Position numbers and translations under genes: made by a program. A stretch of 63,437 bases of DNA, filler included, from Licmophora abbreviata (taxonomy: Eukaryota), in the NCBI GenBank assembly GCA_900291995.1. It is 12 parts of 12 records of this genome, joined end to end, with 100 filler letters (N's around TTAATTAATTAA, not from the genome) between each part and the next. Parts side by side here need not be neighbours in the genome. Positions count along the whole stretch, not along the records: positions 1 to 7,714 come from OLMU01003638.1; positions 7,815 to 13,353 come from OLMU01003639.1; 10 more parts are not named here. One strand, written 5' to 3'. The notes beneath the pieces are model-generated. The model did not search any database and was not told where the DNA came from. It saw only the letters and a program-made list of their open reading frames with translations. Of this stretch, positions 1 through 13,453 are shown piece by piece; position 1 is the stretch's first letter; every line of letters begins with the position of its first letter.

Positions 1-240
1 GGCTCCCATCTCCCATCTTCCTTTGCCACCGTGGGGTGCCGTGTGACAACAACACTTACTTTTGCACCCATTTTTTCTCCTTTTTGATGCTTGTTTATAC
101 CTTTACTGTCGACGTTAAGCGTGCTGCATGCTAGTGTGCAAGTGCGAGATCACGAGAGTGCCTGAAACGTCCGGTCCTGAGCGCCAACAAAACATCATCC
201 TATTTGATATTGCTGTGGCGTGTGTCTTTTGATGAACAGG

Positions 241-834
241 ATGGGCTCATCGCCGCCGGGGCATGCCAGTCCTGCTAACGAAAAGCCGCAACTCGTACTG
301 CTGAGTTCTCCCTTGACTGGAACCATTGCTAAGTAAGAACATCGCAGCTTGGTTTTAGAGGTGTGAAACGCATCTCATTGTGGTCTTATCACAATGCCGT
401 CGTCTTTCTCGCGTGCCAGGACCTCGTCCGTGCTACAACGTAATTTCAAGTTGTATGGACCGATGAATGCTCTCAAGGCTGAGGAGGGATCTAGTTGCTG
501 GAATTCGGATGCATCAGAAGACCAAAAGCGGTTTCTGATTGAATTTGGGCGGACTGTTCAGCTGCACGAGCTGAGGCTGCAATTCCAGGCTGGTTTCGTG
601 GCCGAAGTGTGCGATGTGCAGATCCGAGCGTCCAAAGATACATGGGAGGCTGTCGATGAATTCGAACCAAGTGACAACCACGATATTCAAGTCTTTTCCT
701 TGAAGCAAGGCTGCAATTTCCCAGAGGGAAAGGCTCTGAGGATTATCTTTGATGAGTTTAAGGACTTCTATGGTCGAGTGACTCTGTATCGGATAGAAGT
801 GTGGGGCACAGAACTCTGCCCTGAAGGAAGCTAA
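241..834 (+). CDS. NR2C2AP: Nuclear receptor 2C2-associated protein (TRA16)-like, galactose-binding-like fold; 2 exons (241-332, 420-834)
   Basis: Motifs SSVLQRN, CWNSD, LQFQAGF, FEPSDN and DFYGRVTLY match the family from memory. A GT-AG intron at 333-419 joins ATG 241 in frame. Confidence 0.8.
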
Positions 835-945
835 CTACCAGGCATTGTATTTGGGAGAATAACCATAATTCTTCTTGCTGATATGAACTTTTTTCTAATT
901 TTTGTCGTCGTCTTGGACAGCTTCGTTACTTCATCACGTCACGTT

Positions 946-1374
946 TTATGGGAGAACGGTTCCAGGCGTACCGTTGCCAGCTCTGAGCTTTTTCACTAGT
1001 CTTTCAGCCTCGTTATTCTCTGCCAGCTCATCGCGCACCGCATTACCGGATCTGAGATGCTTTGACACTGTTTCAAGGTCTTCCATTGCGTTCTCCAGCT
1101 CTAGTTCGACCGTATTGCGTGCCGCGGCGCCCGTTCGGAGCTGCTTCTGGATGGTCTCCAGGCCTTTCATGGCATTCTCCAGCTCGAAATCGATGTTTTT
1201 CAAAGATTCTCCCAAATATCTGTGCTCCATTTCCATCTTCAAAGTTTTTCCGCGTAGATTGTTCGCCGTGGAAACGGCACCATGCGCCGCTCCAACAAGC
1301 AGCAACGCGTGGGCCATCTCGTGGAAACTTCCCAGAAGAAGGGCAACGAAAACAGCGACTGAGCCTCTCTTCAT
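946..1374 (-). CDS. Small, probably secreted coiled-coil protein with internal ~28-aa repeats
   Basis: Signal-like start MKRGSVAVFVALLLG at 1374, within ORF 946-1701. Repeated units ELENAMxxLETxxKxLRxG. Confidence 0.55.
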   Translation of the reverse strand: MKRGSVAVFVALLLGSFHEMAHALLLVGAAHGAVSTANNLRGKTLKMEMEHRYLGESLKNIDFELENAMKGLETIQKQLRTGAAARNTVELELENAMEDLETVSKHLRSGNAVRDELAENNEAERLVKKLRAGNGTPGTVLP

Positions 1375-2230
1375 GAAGGCCACACTGAGGTTCCAGTCTT
1401 CCTTCGTGTGTTTGGAAGAGATCGGAGTACTCGTCAAGCGAATGCCGGAAACCTGTCGGTACGGAACTTCCGGTCGGATCCCACTGCTTTGAGAGCCGTT
1501 CTCGACATCACTGGTGAAGAATATATGCCGATTTCCAGAGCCAATGAGGTCCATGTGTGAGCTCACGTCGAGGGAAACCATGGTCATCGTCGAGGAGAGT
1601 TTTCTGTGATCATCGTGCGCCTTCAGTGCCACTGTTGTGCTCGAGGTGCGCGATGGCGCGAAGAACGGTCCAAAAATTGTGCGCGCCAGACTTCTACACA
1701 AAATTCAGTACATTCTGTCGTAGAAACCCAACGCAACGCATTCGTGTTCGGCGCGGTGACATCGGCATCCCCGAAATGTTGTAGCCAACGGTTGATGCAA
1801 ATACTCGTACATATTTGAAAAGGCTTTGAGACAGGTGCACCAAGAGAACAACCCCCCGCGTCGAGTGTGCCCTCTGAGTTTTGTCGCTGCGAGAGCCATA
1901 GATGCAGAACATTCCGACGTGCTTCGCTAGCGAGGTTTGGTTATCTGGCTCGAACGACGAGTGGCGTTGTGCGGTCCAAACCATACCTGGCATCACTTAG
2001 CTTCCCGATAGCTACGAAGCGCGACTACGAATTATTTTGTCAAGTGATCGATTGTTAGTTTGTTTTGTTTCAAATCCGTACATTACAGCGATCCTAAACT
2101 CTTCCTTTTGAAGAACACAAGCTCGTGGCTTTCTACATTTTCCGCAATTGCCTTTGCAGGCCACGACAAACACATTCGTGGCCTTCAAATACTACCGACA
2201 TAGCTCCTGTGTTGAGCTTCTTCTGAGTCC

Positions 2231-3528
2231 TTAATTACCGCCAGCAGTCTGCGTCTGAGGTGTACCCGGTCTGGCAGCAGTGCCAGCTCCACCTTGGTAT
2301 GAGAAGCGCTGCCTCTTCTCAGCCGGTTTTAGGATCTGAAACGAGCACATAAGGGTATCGTCAACGCTCATCATGGCCCCCGCGTTGTCGAATTCGCCGC
2401 AGTAGTTAGGGGCTGAGAAGAGTGTGACTAGCTGTCTTCGCGCGAAGAACTCGTAACCGTCTTCGACAACCTGGTGGGCGCGGCAAATGAGATCCAAATC
2501 GTGCTTGTGCAGGAACTGGGCGACAATGTCCTCGCCAAACGTGAAGGAAACACCGCGGTCGTTCTCTCCCCACCCATCAATCTCCTTGTCTGGGTCAGAC
2601 CATAGCAAGTCACACAGTAAGCCCGTGTCAGGCACGTCCGTGGGGCGTACAATTCTTTTCACCTGGTCCAAGCTAGTGAGCTCCGGGCTCAATCCTCCGT
2701 GCATGCAGAAGATCTTCTCGTCAATTACTGCAGCGCAGGGGAGGCAGTTGAAGCAGTCTGTGAACGTCTTCCAGAGCTTGATTCCAAACCGTCGTTTGCA
2801 CTCATCGTAGAAACCATAGATACGGTTGATGGAGGCGCACTCGTGGTTGCCGCGGAGAATGAAAAAGTTCTCGGGGTACTTGATCTTGTAGGCGAGCAAG
2901 AGACAGACCGTCTCCAGGCTCTGCTTTCCTCTGTCGACATAGTCACCCAAAAAGATGTAATTGGACTCCGGTGGGAACCCTCCGTACTCAAAGAGACGCA
3001 GAAGATCGTAGTACTGCCCGTGAACGTCTCCGCACACCTTGATGGGGGCCTCGAGCTCGAGAAGCATCGGCTGGCCAATCAACAAGTCGCGGCTGCGAAG
3101 ACAAAGCATCTTGATTTCCGCTTCCGACAAGTCCACCTGCTTTCCGGGACGAGCGCCTCTCACGCTGCGGGAACGGATGGAGAGAAGACACACGCGGTGA
3201 GAGCAAGATCGAGAGAACAGCCTTCAAATGAACTACGAGTACAGGAAAAATGTCTTCCGCGACGTCACGTTGAAGCAGACGAGAGCAAAATTCCAGAAGC
3301 AAAAGGGTCACTTCATCACAGTAGAAAATGTACCGGGGTCTACGATGACGATTCGTCCGATTGGTAGGATCTCGATGTGAACTTCTTTGGACGACCATGG
3401 CTCCTCTACCGAGTAATCTGTCGTCTCGTTCGATCGTACCTGAGAAGTTTGTCAATGATGACATCCGCTGGGTCATTCAGAACCGCTCCCTGGCCAGAAG
3501 CGCCGCCGTCAGCTCCGCCTCCCGCCAT
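2231..3528 (-). CDS. PP1: Ser/Thr protein phosphatase PP1 catalytic subunit; intron 3165-3439
   Basis: [32 protein letters not shown] and SAPNYC motifs. Exon 1 MAGGG...DVIIDKLL splices onto SVRGARPGK. Confidence 0.96.
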
Positions 3529-4368
3529 GTCGGTTCACGATCAGAAAAGAAGTAGAACAAAAGGCACACGCCAATCCCCAACACAGAGAGAATGCAGCAG
3601 AGAAGATCAAACGATCACAGGTAGGACGCGAGAAACCTCGGACAGAGGCGGGAGAGAACAAGCGCAACCCGGTTTGCCTGATACTCTTTCACAATGAGCA
3701 GCCAAACTTGCTGGGAGCCAAAAAGTCTTCCTACGGAAATTGTGGTACAGAAACCACGTGCCAAAATGCCGTAGGGAACACGGCAGGAACGTCATCCTCC
3801 AACCTCGCGACTTTTTGGTGCGAACACTGCATGCACACGTGATACGACGACATTGAGCCAAAAAGTGAACGCTAACGCCGAATCCTTCCTAACAGTTACT
3901 GGCACCTATCCACATACACATGACTATGTTGAAGCGACTTATGGGCGTTCGTGATGCTGGCCAGCGCACCTAGCTAGAAGTTGTAACCGACTGAGTGAGG
4001 AATTGACTTACGCTCTGCTTTTATCCAGACGGGACCTCTGGCCTCCCATATCTAGCAAACAAGTTTTTCGCGATTACGAGTGGTTTGATACCAGAAGCTC
4101 AGTAAATTGTGGGTATGCACCTGATATCAACAGTGTAGGCGGCGGTTGTATCTGCATTGGCTACTGAAGGACGACAAATTTGTCTAACACGACGAGAGCC
4201 GGCTAAGAACGGTATTCAATCCCGTGACTACTCCGCGGCATACATTACACGAATCGCACGTCCTGGCTCATGCTCAGCATGTATCATTGGTGAGACTATG
4301 GTGAAGCATTTGGTAGCTAGAGTAGAGAGCATAGTCTATCTCTCTTTACTCTCTAGAGAGTCCATTTG

Positions 4369-5394
4369 CTACTCCTGGTCCATCAAGCTTTCAACGTGGT
4401 TCTTCCGTTCTACAATCACTTCGAGGTACTCTTGAAGCAACTGGTACAGTTCTAGGAAGGGTTCGAACTCGTCACGCAGTCGAATGAGGCTCTGAATCAT
4501 GTATTCGAGCTGCACATTCGTGTACGGGTAGTCGCCTGATGGCCCACCGGATCGATGCGACTCTCTCCTTTCCTTTTCACCGGGTACATGACCTCCCTGC
4601 ACCATGACTTCCCAGACGCACAGATATTGGCTCGGTGGTATTAGGGACTCTTCGATACTGGAATGTACACTGCCGAGGAAGCGTCCAAGTCGTTCCAGAG
4701 TACCAGGGCCTGTCACAGGCGACACCAAGTATTCGTATGGCAGCAGGTGTAACTTATTCTCCGAGAGTTCTACAGACCGAAAGCTCTGTATCCACCACCT
4801 GGCGTGATTGACCCACTTGTCGACTTCTTGCTTGAACAACTCGTTTCTCCAAGCAATCCATGCTGCTATTGGTGCTCTTGTAGAGTGATTCATGAGTCCA
4901 TTGGTTTGTTCATAGACGAAATTGTGATAGCTTGGAAGAGCTGAAAGAGGATTCCGAATCAACAAGATGGCTCGCTGTATGCGTGATAGATAGTCAGCAT
5001 GGAAGATTTCGGATGGCGTATGACTCGGAAAGTGTGTTTTAACGGCGACGGCAACTCCAGCGCTTACCCGACCGTTATGGTCATGGTCGTCGCCTGTATA
5101 AATTCCAGTAATGGCTCGGATCAACCTCCACGTAATCTTGGCACCGGAACCTGGATACGATGATGTGAATGTTGCTGGTACTGGCTTTTCTTGAACCTGT
5201 GGGATATCACAGGATGGGCCTTCAGTCATTGGCATGGTGTCGACGGTGGTGATGGTGTCGTTCTGTTGAAGCGCGCGACGTTCGTCATGGCGGCGATGGC
5301 GAAGTCTTCTTGTGTCGTGGGCACGTGTTTCCAAGCTCGAACACTGCCACAGACAGCAGCAAGCTACCCAAAGGGAGAGTCCTAGTCGAGTCAT
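4369..5394 (-). CDS. Sulfotransferase-like protein (WSCD/P-loop type) with N-terminal signal or anchor
   Basis: SYPGSG 5'-PSB-like loop, VKTH and LLIRNP motifs. Hydrophobic N-terminus MTRLGLSLWVACCCLW. Confidence 0.7.
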   Translation of the reverse strand: MTRLGLSLWVACCCLWQCSSLETRAHDTRRLRHRRHDERRALQQNDTITTVDTMPMTEGPSCDIPQVQEKPVPATFTSSYPGSGAKITWRLIRAITGIYTGDDHDHNGRVSAGVAVAVKTHFPSHTPSEIFHADYLSRIQRAILLIRNPLSALPSYHNFVYEQTNGLMNHSTRAPIAAWIAWRNELFKQEVDKWVNHARWWIQSFRSVELSENKLHLLPYEYLVSPVTGPGTLERLGRFLGSVHSSIEESLIPPSQYLCVWEVMVQGGHVPGEKERRESHRSGGPSGDYPYTNVQLEYMIQSLIRLRDEFEPFLELYQLLQEYLEVIVERKNHVESLMDQE

Positions 5395-5736
5395 CAGGTA
5401 GCGAGTGAATGGATAGCGCAATCACGACAACCGTCACACTGTGCCGATGATAGCCCCAGTATGAGATTATGTCTCCCGATGTCTCGTGATGACTCGCAAA
5501 ATTTCGTCCTGGCAAGTGTCGGATGGGTCGGCTTGCGCGAAGCAGTCGAATGTGTCCCTTGGGCATTCCGATCGTTAACAATGACTTATACAAAATGACC
5601 TTTGAAATGTCGTCGGACTCACGCGGCGGCGAGTATTTATGTCCTTCATCAAGGGTCACAAAGTCCCAAGAGAGAGAATTGCTGTGCGTAAACTACCTTT
5701 TGTCGCGATAGTTCCCAAGTCAACGACGATTGCAAC

Positions 5737-7714
5737 ATGGACACGCCATTGCCGTCTGTAAATACACCTCAACAGCAGCAACAGCAGCGTCCCATGGAGC
5801 CAAGTACCCACAGAAAGAGGCGGAGACTTCGTCGGAAGAATCATGCGAGAGCGGTTCATACGGGAGGCTTTGGGATGGACACGATTCCAGAAGAGCGCAC
5901 CCTGCATCCGAGAGAGCCGCGGTCGGCTCCCCTCCTACTTATTCCGCTTCTTCTCATGGCAGCCACTGTATCCATGAGCATGGGATCTATGGGTGAGTGG
6001 AAGATGGATTTTTTTCGATGGAATCGAGAGCACCGAGCTCTCATTGCGCTGACAACGGAGCATGTCGATCAGTATCCGTTCAGTAACTTTTTGGAGGTCG
6101 GTGAAGACACTCCAAGAGGTACAGACCACATGACAGGGTTCTATTGGCAAGTGCCTCGATCCGGTGGAACGACACTGAAACACATTATGGGGACATGCCT
6201 GCGACGAGTGCAGGCAGCGAGAACTTCTTCCGATTACTGTGACATGAATAGCAATGAGCTGTCCAAGTGTCAAACACAACTTGGCACGTTCGTCAACGCC
6301 GACCCGAGTGATCATGGAGGTATACGGCGAGCCGATCAGCTGCAAATAGTTCCTTCCGGTATGGTCGACGTGATTGTTTCGTCGCGTATCCTTCATGCAT
6401 CTACACTGTACGATGAGAATCACAAGGGGAGACTCTTTACCATCTTGCGAGAGCCTATCGAACGATCCGTCAGTACATTCTACTACCTCCAGAGTGCCGA
6501 GTGGGAGCGGAACTATCGGCCAGAGTTTAAAAAGATGTCACTTCTTCAATACTCGGCGCTGCCGGATACAGCTCACAATTGGATGGTGCGATGGCTGACA
6601 GGCAAGAACTCCGAGCCGGATCTGTCAAGGGATGACCTCGACTTTGCAAAGGAGCTTCTTCGACGCAAGTTCTTGATCCTCTTGACAGACGAGATGAGCT
6701 CATCTGTACAACGGCTCTTGCAGTATATGCATTGGGGGGTAGAGCCGCAGCACTTTGACGAGACTAAACAGTGTCTTCACGAGAACATCTCGAAAGAACA
6801 AGGACACAACAAAGCAAAGCATCCAACGCCCAAGAAAGGATCCCCCGAGTACGAAGCTCTGCGTTCTATCAACCTGCTTGACATTGAACTTTACGAATTT
6901 GCTAAGGAGTTGTTCGTTGAACAGTGGTCAACTGTGTACAAGGGCACTGGCAACAAGCTCAACGATCTGTTCTTAGAAGATTACGAAGAAGTCGACGAAA
7001 CATTGGAGCCCGCCCTGTCGGAAGGATCGTCGCAAGAAGAAGATCCAGATTCATCAACTAGTGAGGAAATGCCATCACTAGCGTTAGGTGCGATCACCGA
7101 TGCTACAGAGGACGAGCCTGAGCAATCTGGCTCCCCGCATGCATCGAGTGAAGAGTCAGCAAGTCTTCTGTCGTCGACAGCAATGTCGATGAAAGAGGAC
7201 ATCACGGCTCCCATTGAGCCGACTCAATCCGACGACAACCTCGTGGAAGCTCTTAAGCAAAACTTTGTGGGAGGAACATCTACTCAGCTTGGAACTGGGT
7301 CTGAGCTTGATGCGCTAAATCAGTCCAATGCAAGAGGATGTCAAGGGTACCACAGACCCGACACCATCCGATGAGAACCTCGCAGAAGCGCCGGATCAAG
7401 GCTTGCCAGCGGACAAACCAACTCAAGAAAGATCTGGACCATTCGTGGAGTCAGCGTTTCGCCCAAATGCCGAACCGGAGCAAACGCCATCGCCATCGTC
7501 ACAAGAGGCAGCAACGGCGACGCCCGGCAATTCAACAGAAACCTCACATGCAGAATTTAGACAGTTTGAACACGCCTCACAGTCGTCTCTACAGGATGCC
7601 CTCAATCCTACTCCACTGAGGAGAGAAGGATCCTCTGATACGTCTACACTTGCAGAGACCGCACCCTCCCCACAAGATGCGACGTCGACGCAAGTAGATA
7701 CGATGGTATCCCCT
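5737..7714 (+). CDS. Golgi-type sulfotransferase-like protein with acidic low-complexity tail; apparent frameshift near 7325; runs into gap
   Basis: TM segment LLLIPLLLMAATV, VPRSGGTT (PAPS binding), ILREPIERSVSTFYYL and NLLDIELYEFAKELF. The tail repeat continues in ORF 7328. Confidence 0.75.
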
Positions 7715-7814
7715 NNNNNNNNNNNNNNNNNNNNNNNNNNNNNNNNNNNNNNNNNNNNTTAATTAATTAANNNNNNNNNNNNNNNNNNNNNNNNNNNNNN
7801 NNNNNNNNNNNNNN
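7715..7814. other. Artificial scaffold gap linker N44-TTAATTAATTAA-N44 (first of 11)
   Basis: Identical 100-nt linkers at 13354, 15915, 18963, 20184, 24821, 38322, 39774, 42488, 44208 and 61184. The core gives stops in all six frames. Confidence 0.98.
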
Positions 7815-8022
7815 TCATCCCATCTACTGGTGAAGGGTGACCAGGGAGAGTTCTGTGTGCAACTCTGTCGCTACTACCTGCTGAAAAGAGAATCGGGTTC
7901 AGCTCATGTAGCTCACGCCCGCCTTCGAGCAAGCTTTCTGCACCCTTGCAGTCTAGATGCGAACGTTGCGTCAACTGAGCTTGCTACGTAACTCATACAG
8001 ATAAGAGTAGCTGAAATGCCAT

Positions 8023-9164
8023 TTATAAACCCGTGTCCTTGGCAATTTCTTGCCATTGCTGCATATACTTGAATCCTAGACTTTGTTGTAGCTCGTCAGA
8101 CTCAAACTCTTCATCGGTAAGCTCTCGATAACCGGTGATTTTCGCGGGGACGCCACTGACTCTGGCCAAAGGAGGCACCGGTTTGGTCACAATCGACTTT
8201 GCCATGACGACCGCACCATCTCCCACAAAAATATTCCCAAGGACTGTCGCGCTGTCATGCAAGATCACCCCATTCCCAACTTTGGGATGTCGATCTCCCG
8301 CCTCCTTTCCCGTTCCCCCCAGCGTGACCCCCTGCAAGATCGTTACGTCCTGTCCCACGACGGCCGTTTCACCGATCACCACGCCACCACCAGTATTGAG
8401 ATAGATGCCTGACCCTAGTTGCGATGCTGGATGAATATCAGCGGAATACTTGCGACTCACGGTCGACTGCATAAAGTACGCCAGCCCAGTTCGTCCTTGT
8501 TCCCAAAGTCGGTGCCCGACGCGATAACAAACCAACGCATGTAGTCCCTTGTGAAACAGCATTGCAGTCATGGCGTTAACGATGCTAGGGCTGCGCATGA
8601 CAGCTGCCATAATGTCGAGATGGATGGAAATTTCATCTTCTTGGGTGAGTTGTTCCAGAAAGAGATTCTTTAGTGCCGTCGCGGCATGAGTTCTGTTTCA
8701 ATTTCATGAGAGATTACAGTCGCGACAGCTTCGATCAAAGATGGCTGGGAGAGAATTCCACCAAAAAGCTGAGGGCCCGCTTGGGGTTCGGGGAGCAGCG
8801 CATTCGCAGCTTCCATCTTGATGTGTTCCCACAAGGCATCCATGACGGGCTGCGATGCGCCATCGGGAGAATCCAGCTGTGTAAGCGTGTCCAAGAAGAC
8901 TCGCCATTCGGGTTGCGACGAATAGATACTGGAAACGCAGGATCTTGATTCCAAAGTGACACTTGGATCGTCCTCACCAAAATTTCCCAACGATGGGGAC
9001 GCATTCATGGACACTCGGCACTTCACTGATGGTTGATGCTTTCGAAATACTGAGTGCGCTCCAATGTATCGGGGAGAATCGCTCAAAAATGAAGTCACAG
9101 GCCTCAGGACAGTTCCCTGCAGGATCCAGGCCAGAACATTCGTCCAAATTCTATATCGAGGCAT
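8023..9164 (-). CDS. cysE: Serine O-acetyltransferase, probably plastid-targeted; 1-nt frameshift near 8683
   Basis: LFHKGLHAL, DIHPA, GVVIGETAVVG and QGVTLGGTGKEAGDRHPKVG hexapeptide repeats. Presequence ends VTS-F. ELMP joins ATALKNLFLEQL if one base is added. Confidence 0.9.
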
Positions 9165-9454
9165 AGTAGGACGTCCTATCGGCGCTGCAAGAAGTCGTAA
9201 AAACTGCCTACCCTGCCCATTGTCGACTTCCCTGGTGTTTTCAGGGAAGCGGCTGGAGGCGATCGAGTCAGTCGCTGCGCGGCGTCGCTTTGATTTCGCG
9301 CACGCACGCCGCATGCGTTCCAGGGTATTCGTATGTACGATTGTGCGTGCTGTTGCTCCAATAAACCCGGAGGTTTAACTTTGCTTCTAGGATATCTTTT
9401 TCGAATTTCCTGCTTCCGACGAGATCATGGCAGTTCAAAGTTTTCAGGATTGAG

Positions 9455-10396
9455 ATGATCGGCTTTGTCGCAGAAGATCTTGATTATATCCCCCAACATG
9501 AAATCGTTTTCCCACCGTACAGCCTTTTCTTTGTCGCCCTGCTGGTCTGCATGGAAAGGAGGACGGTAGACGCGTTTGGATCGTCTTCGGCGGCGCTAAG
9601 AAGCCGGGTCGCCTTGCCCTTCACTACGCGCCAACATCGCTCGTCATTGCAGAAACCGGCGACCGCTCTTAACCAAATCGACGATGACACTCTGGCAATG
9701 GAAGCGTTCGAGTGGTGCAGCAACTTGGGTGCTCCTTCGGCACTCGTGGCCGGTGCTGTGCTTGCCACGCTCTCTCAGACACGAGAAGATTTGGCTCCAA
9801 AGGACTCGGATTCACGACTGGTGAACTTTAGCAAAAAGCTCTGTCGGGCGCTGCTCTTGTCTTCCTTTGGGTTAGAAATCGTATGTATTTTTGTCACCAC
9901 TGTCACTGGCACGATGCTCTTGTCGCATGGTGACTCGCCAGCTGGTATGCATGCTGGCGTGCACTACCACAGCGCAATGGGGTTTCTCAATCACAATCAT
10001 GAGTTTGAGTACCTTACGTCTCGAGTGACGTTCCTACAAGGCCTTTTGCACTGGCTAGTCGCTGTCGCTCTTGAAATTGTAATTCCCAAACAAGGAGAGG
10101 GAGCTGCTGCTAAAAAGATGAACCAGTTCATTTCGTCTTGTCTTGTTGCCATTGTACTCATGATTATCTCCTTCTACAATGGACACATGACGTTTTACAG
10201 CAACTACAGCCAGATGCTGATGCGCTATACACTAGTGACCTTCCGCCGATACTTTTGGGTCTGGCCTCCCCGTCCCATGTCCTTTGTTTCTGGTCCCGCC
10301 TTTTTCATTGCGTCTATTCTAGGATGGAGGGCCTTTACATCGCCGCCCGATGCAGTCGCGGGCGATGAGAAAGAAGAGGGAACAACGAAATCTTGA
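9455..10396 (+). CDS. Multi-pass membrane protein of unknown function, probably plastid-targeted
   Basis: 313-aa ORF with 4-5 hydrophobic segments and a VDA-F cleavage-like motif. The true start may be ATG 9498 with a frameshift in a T-run near 9527. Confidence 0.7.
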   Translation: MIGFVAEDLDYIPQHEIVFPPYSLFFVALLVCMERRTVDAFGSSSAALRSRVALPFTTRQHRSSLQKPATALNQIDDDTLAMEAFEWCSNLGAPSALVAGAVLATLSQTREDLAPKDSDSRLVNFSKKLCRALLLSSFGLEIVCIFVTTVTGTMLLSHGDSPAGMHAGVHYHSAMGFLNHNHEFEYLTSRVTFLQGLLHWLVAVALEIVIPKQGEGAAAKKMNQFISSCLVAIVLMIISFYNGHMTFYSNYSQMLMRYTLVTFRRYFWVWPPRPMSFVSGPAFFIASILGWRAFTSPPDAVAGDEKEEGTTKS

Positions 10397-10628
10397 GTTT
10401 TATTCCTGCCTACTACTTGTATAGCTACTAGCTCTCCTGAGTGAAATGTACATGTACTCTATGATAAACTAATCCAATCTGCACGGTATGCGGGTCTACG
10501 TTTTGGCGGCGTACGCGTCGATGATCTAGACCGCACTATTCCGGCTCGATCTCATCTACAGCCTGCACAGTGTACACACTACTAGTAGCTAGGGCGCACG
10601 ATCTTACCCGTGGAATTAGGACTTGCTA

Positions 10629-11906
<1,278 letters not shown>

Positions 11907-12405
11907 CTATGAGGATAGGACGAAAGATTGATGTCGACAAGGCCGTCGTAACTCGATGATGATGATCGGCCGCTTTGTGCATTGCCCTTCTCGTAGTTTC
12001 AATGTGTGGCCATGATTCTGCATGATGATGGTCTTGTGGCCATTGGACACGCGCACAGACGAACGGAGAACGTACACAATGTGACACGGTAACTGTATCA
12101 TAAGCGTTGCTTTCTAATCTTACGTGGACTATGGTGAGAGCCGAGTCGACTGGTTGTACCTTGTTAGCTCAAACATCTACAGCGCAACTCGAATGTAACA
12201 ACGGACGTTTGCTAATAATAGAGCAACACGTTGAAGCGCGAGCCAGCCCTCGCTTCATCTTGCTATTCTTAAAGGAACCTGGTGCCACTTTTTATTTTTT
12301 TATTTTTTATGTTTTATGTTTATAGGCTCTCTTTTCACATCTTTCCCTCTCTTAGAGATAGGCGAAGAACCGCTTTGAACTTTATCAGCCAGCCATGGTC
12401 CATTG

Positions 12406-13353
12406 TCATGACGAAGAGGTGAAAGACTCGATTGCTCCGACTATCTTGGCACGAGTGCTGGTCGATAGGTCAAAAGACTCGTCAATCTCCTCCATGGCTT
12501 CAGATGATGTCGCCCACACGTATTCCAGCAGCCTTCCGATGAAATCTTGGCCCGTTTTGGTACCGGCCGATCCGCCGGCATCCAGAGTCTTGTCTAGAGC
12601 TCTGGTGGATGCGGCGAGAAGCACGACGCATGATTCCGACAAGGATCTCCCGCCTTGGCCCGGCTCTTGATGCATCGCCAATAGCCACGCATTCCGTCTT
12701 CGTGTCTGTCTTCTCGATGCATCGGTCTCCTCAGCGCCATCCATGCTAGCCGCCTGAGCAATTTCCAATCTTATTCCCTCCACAATTCTGCGAAGTGCGG
12801 GAGCATCAGCTCGACTCGCAGTATCCGCACCTATGCCCACTCTGGTGATACTTTTTTGTGGGTCCATAGGGGGGCGCTGGCCGGCACTTGCCAACTGTTC
12901 GTCCAGCCAGATCTGTCCGTCCGACATGCTAATTAGGTCATCCACATGCTGCAATGCGAGTCGCCGTTGTCCTTCTGAGACAGATGGGATGGGGATGTCA
13001 ATCTTTCGGAGATTCTCGGCTGTCAACGGAATTTTCTTTTCAGTTAGCAACTTGACGCGTTCGCGAATCTTGTCGCCAGCATGCTCAAAGTCACGTTCTA
13101 CAAAGACTGTGTACGTTTCGTCGTTGCTAGATGGAATTGAGGTGAGAAGCGTCAACGTTACGCTCCCACCTCCATTTTTCTTGTTGAACTGTGCCGCACG
13201 CTGGATCAAAGAGGAGTAGAATGCTCTCATTTCTGATGAAGCCCCACCTTCACGGTCGGCCTGCACAACTGCGTCAACCCCAAATACGTCCAATAACGTG
13301 CGTGTCGTGGCTCCCCATAGCTCCTTGTGCTGGTCAATCGAATCGACCACCAC
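12406..13353 (-). CDS. Divergent F1-ATPase alpha-subunit-like protein, C-terminal part (5' end lost in gap)
   Basis: LISMSDGQIWLDEQL...GQRPPMDPQKSITRVG resembles AtpA ISITDGQIFL...GIRPAINVGLSVSRVG. GGGSVTL resembles GGSLTAL. Confidence 0.7.
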   Translation of the reverse strand: MVVDSIDQHKELWGATTRTLLDVFGVDAVVQADREGGASSEMRAFYSSLIQRAAQFNKKNGGGSVTLTLLTSIPSSNDETYTVFVERDFEHAGDKIRERVKLLTEKKIPLTAENLRKIDIPIPSVSEGQRRLALQHVDDLISMSDGQIWLDEQLASAGQRPPMDPQKSITRVGIGADTASRADAPALRRIVEGIRLEIAQAASMDGAEETDASRRQTRRRNAWLLAMHQEPGQGGRSLSESCVVLLAASTRALDKTLDAGGSAGTKTGQDFIGRLLEYVWATSSEAMEEIDESFDLSTSTRAKIVGAIESFTSSS

Positions 13354-13453
13354 NNNNNNNNNNNNNNNNNNNNNNNNNNNNNNNNNNNNNNNNNNNNTTA
13401 ATTAATTAANNNNNNNNNNNNNNNNNNNNNNNNNNNNNNNNNNNNNNNNNNNN

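Noticed and set aside
8023..9164. Serine acetyltransferase, ZIP and kinase as pseudogenes
   Set aside because: Catalytic motifs are intact and there are no in-frame nonsense changes. The single-base indels fit a window-wide error pattern.
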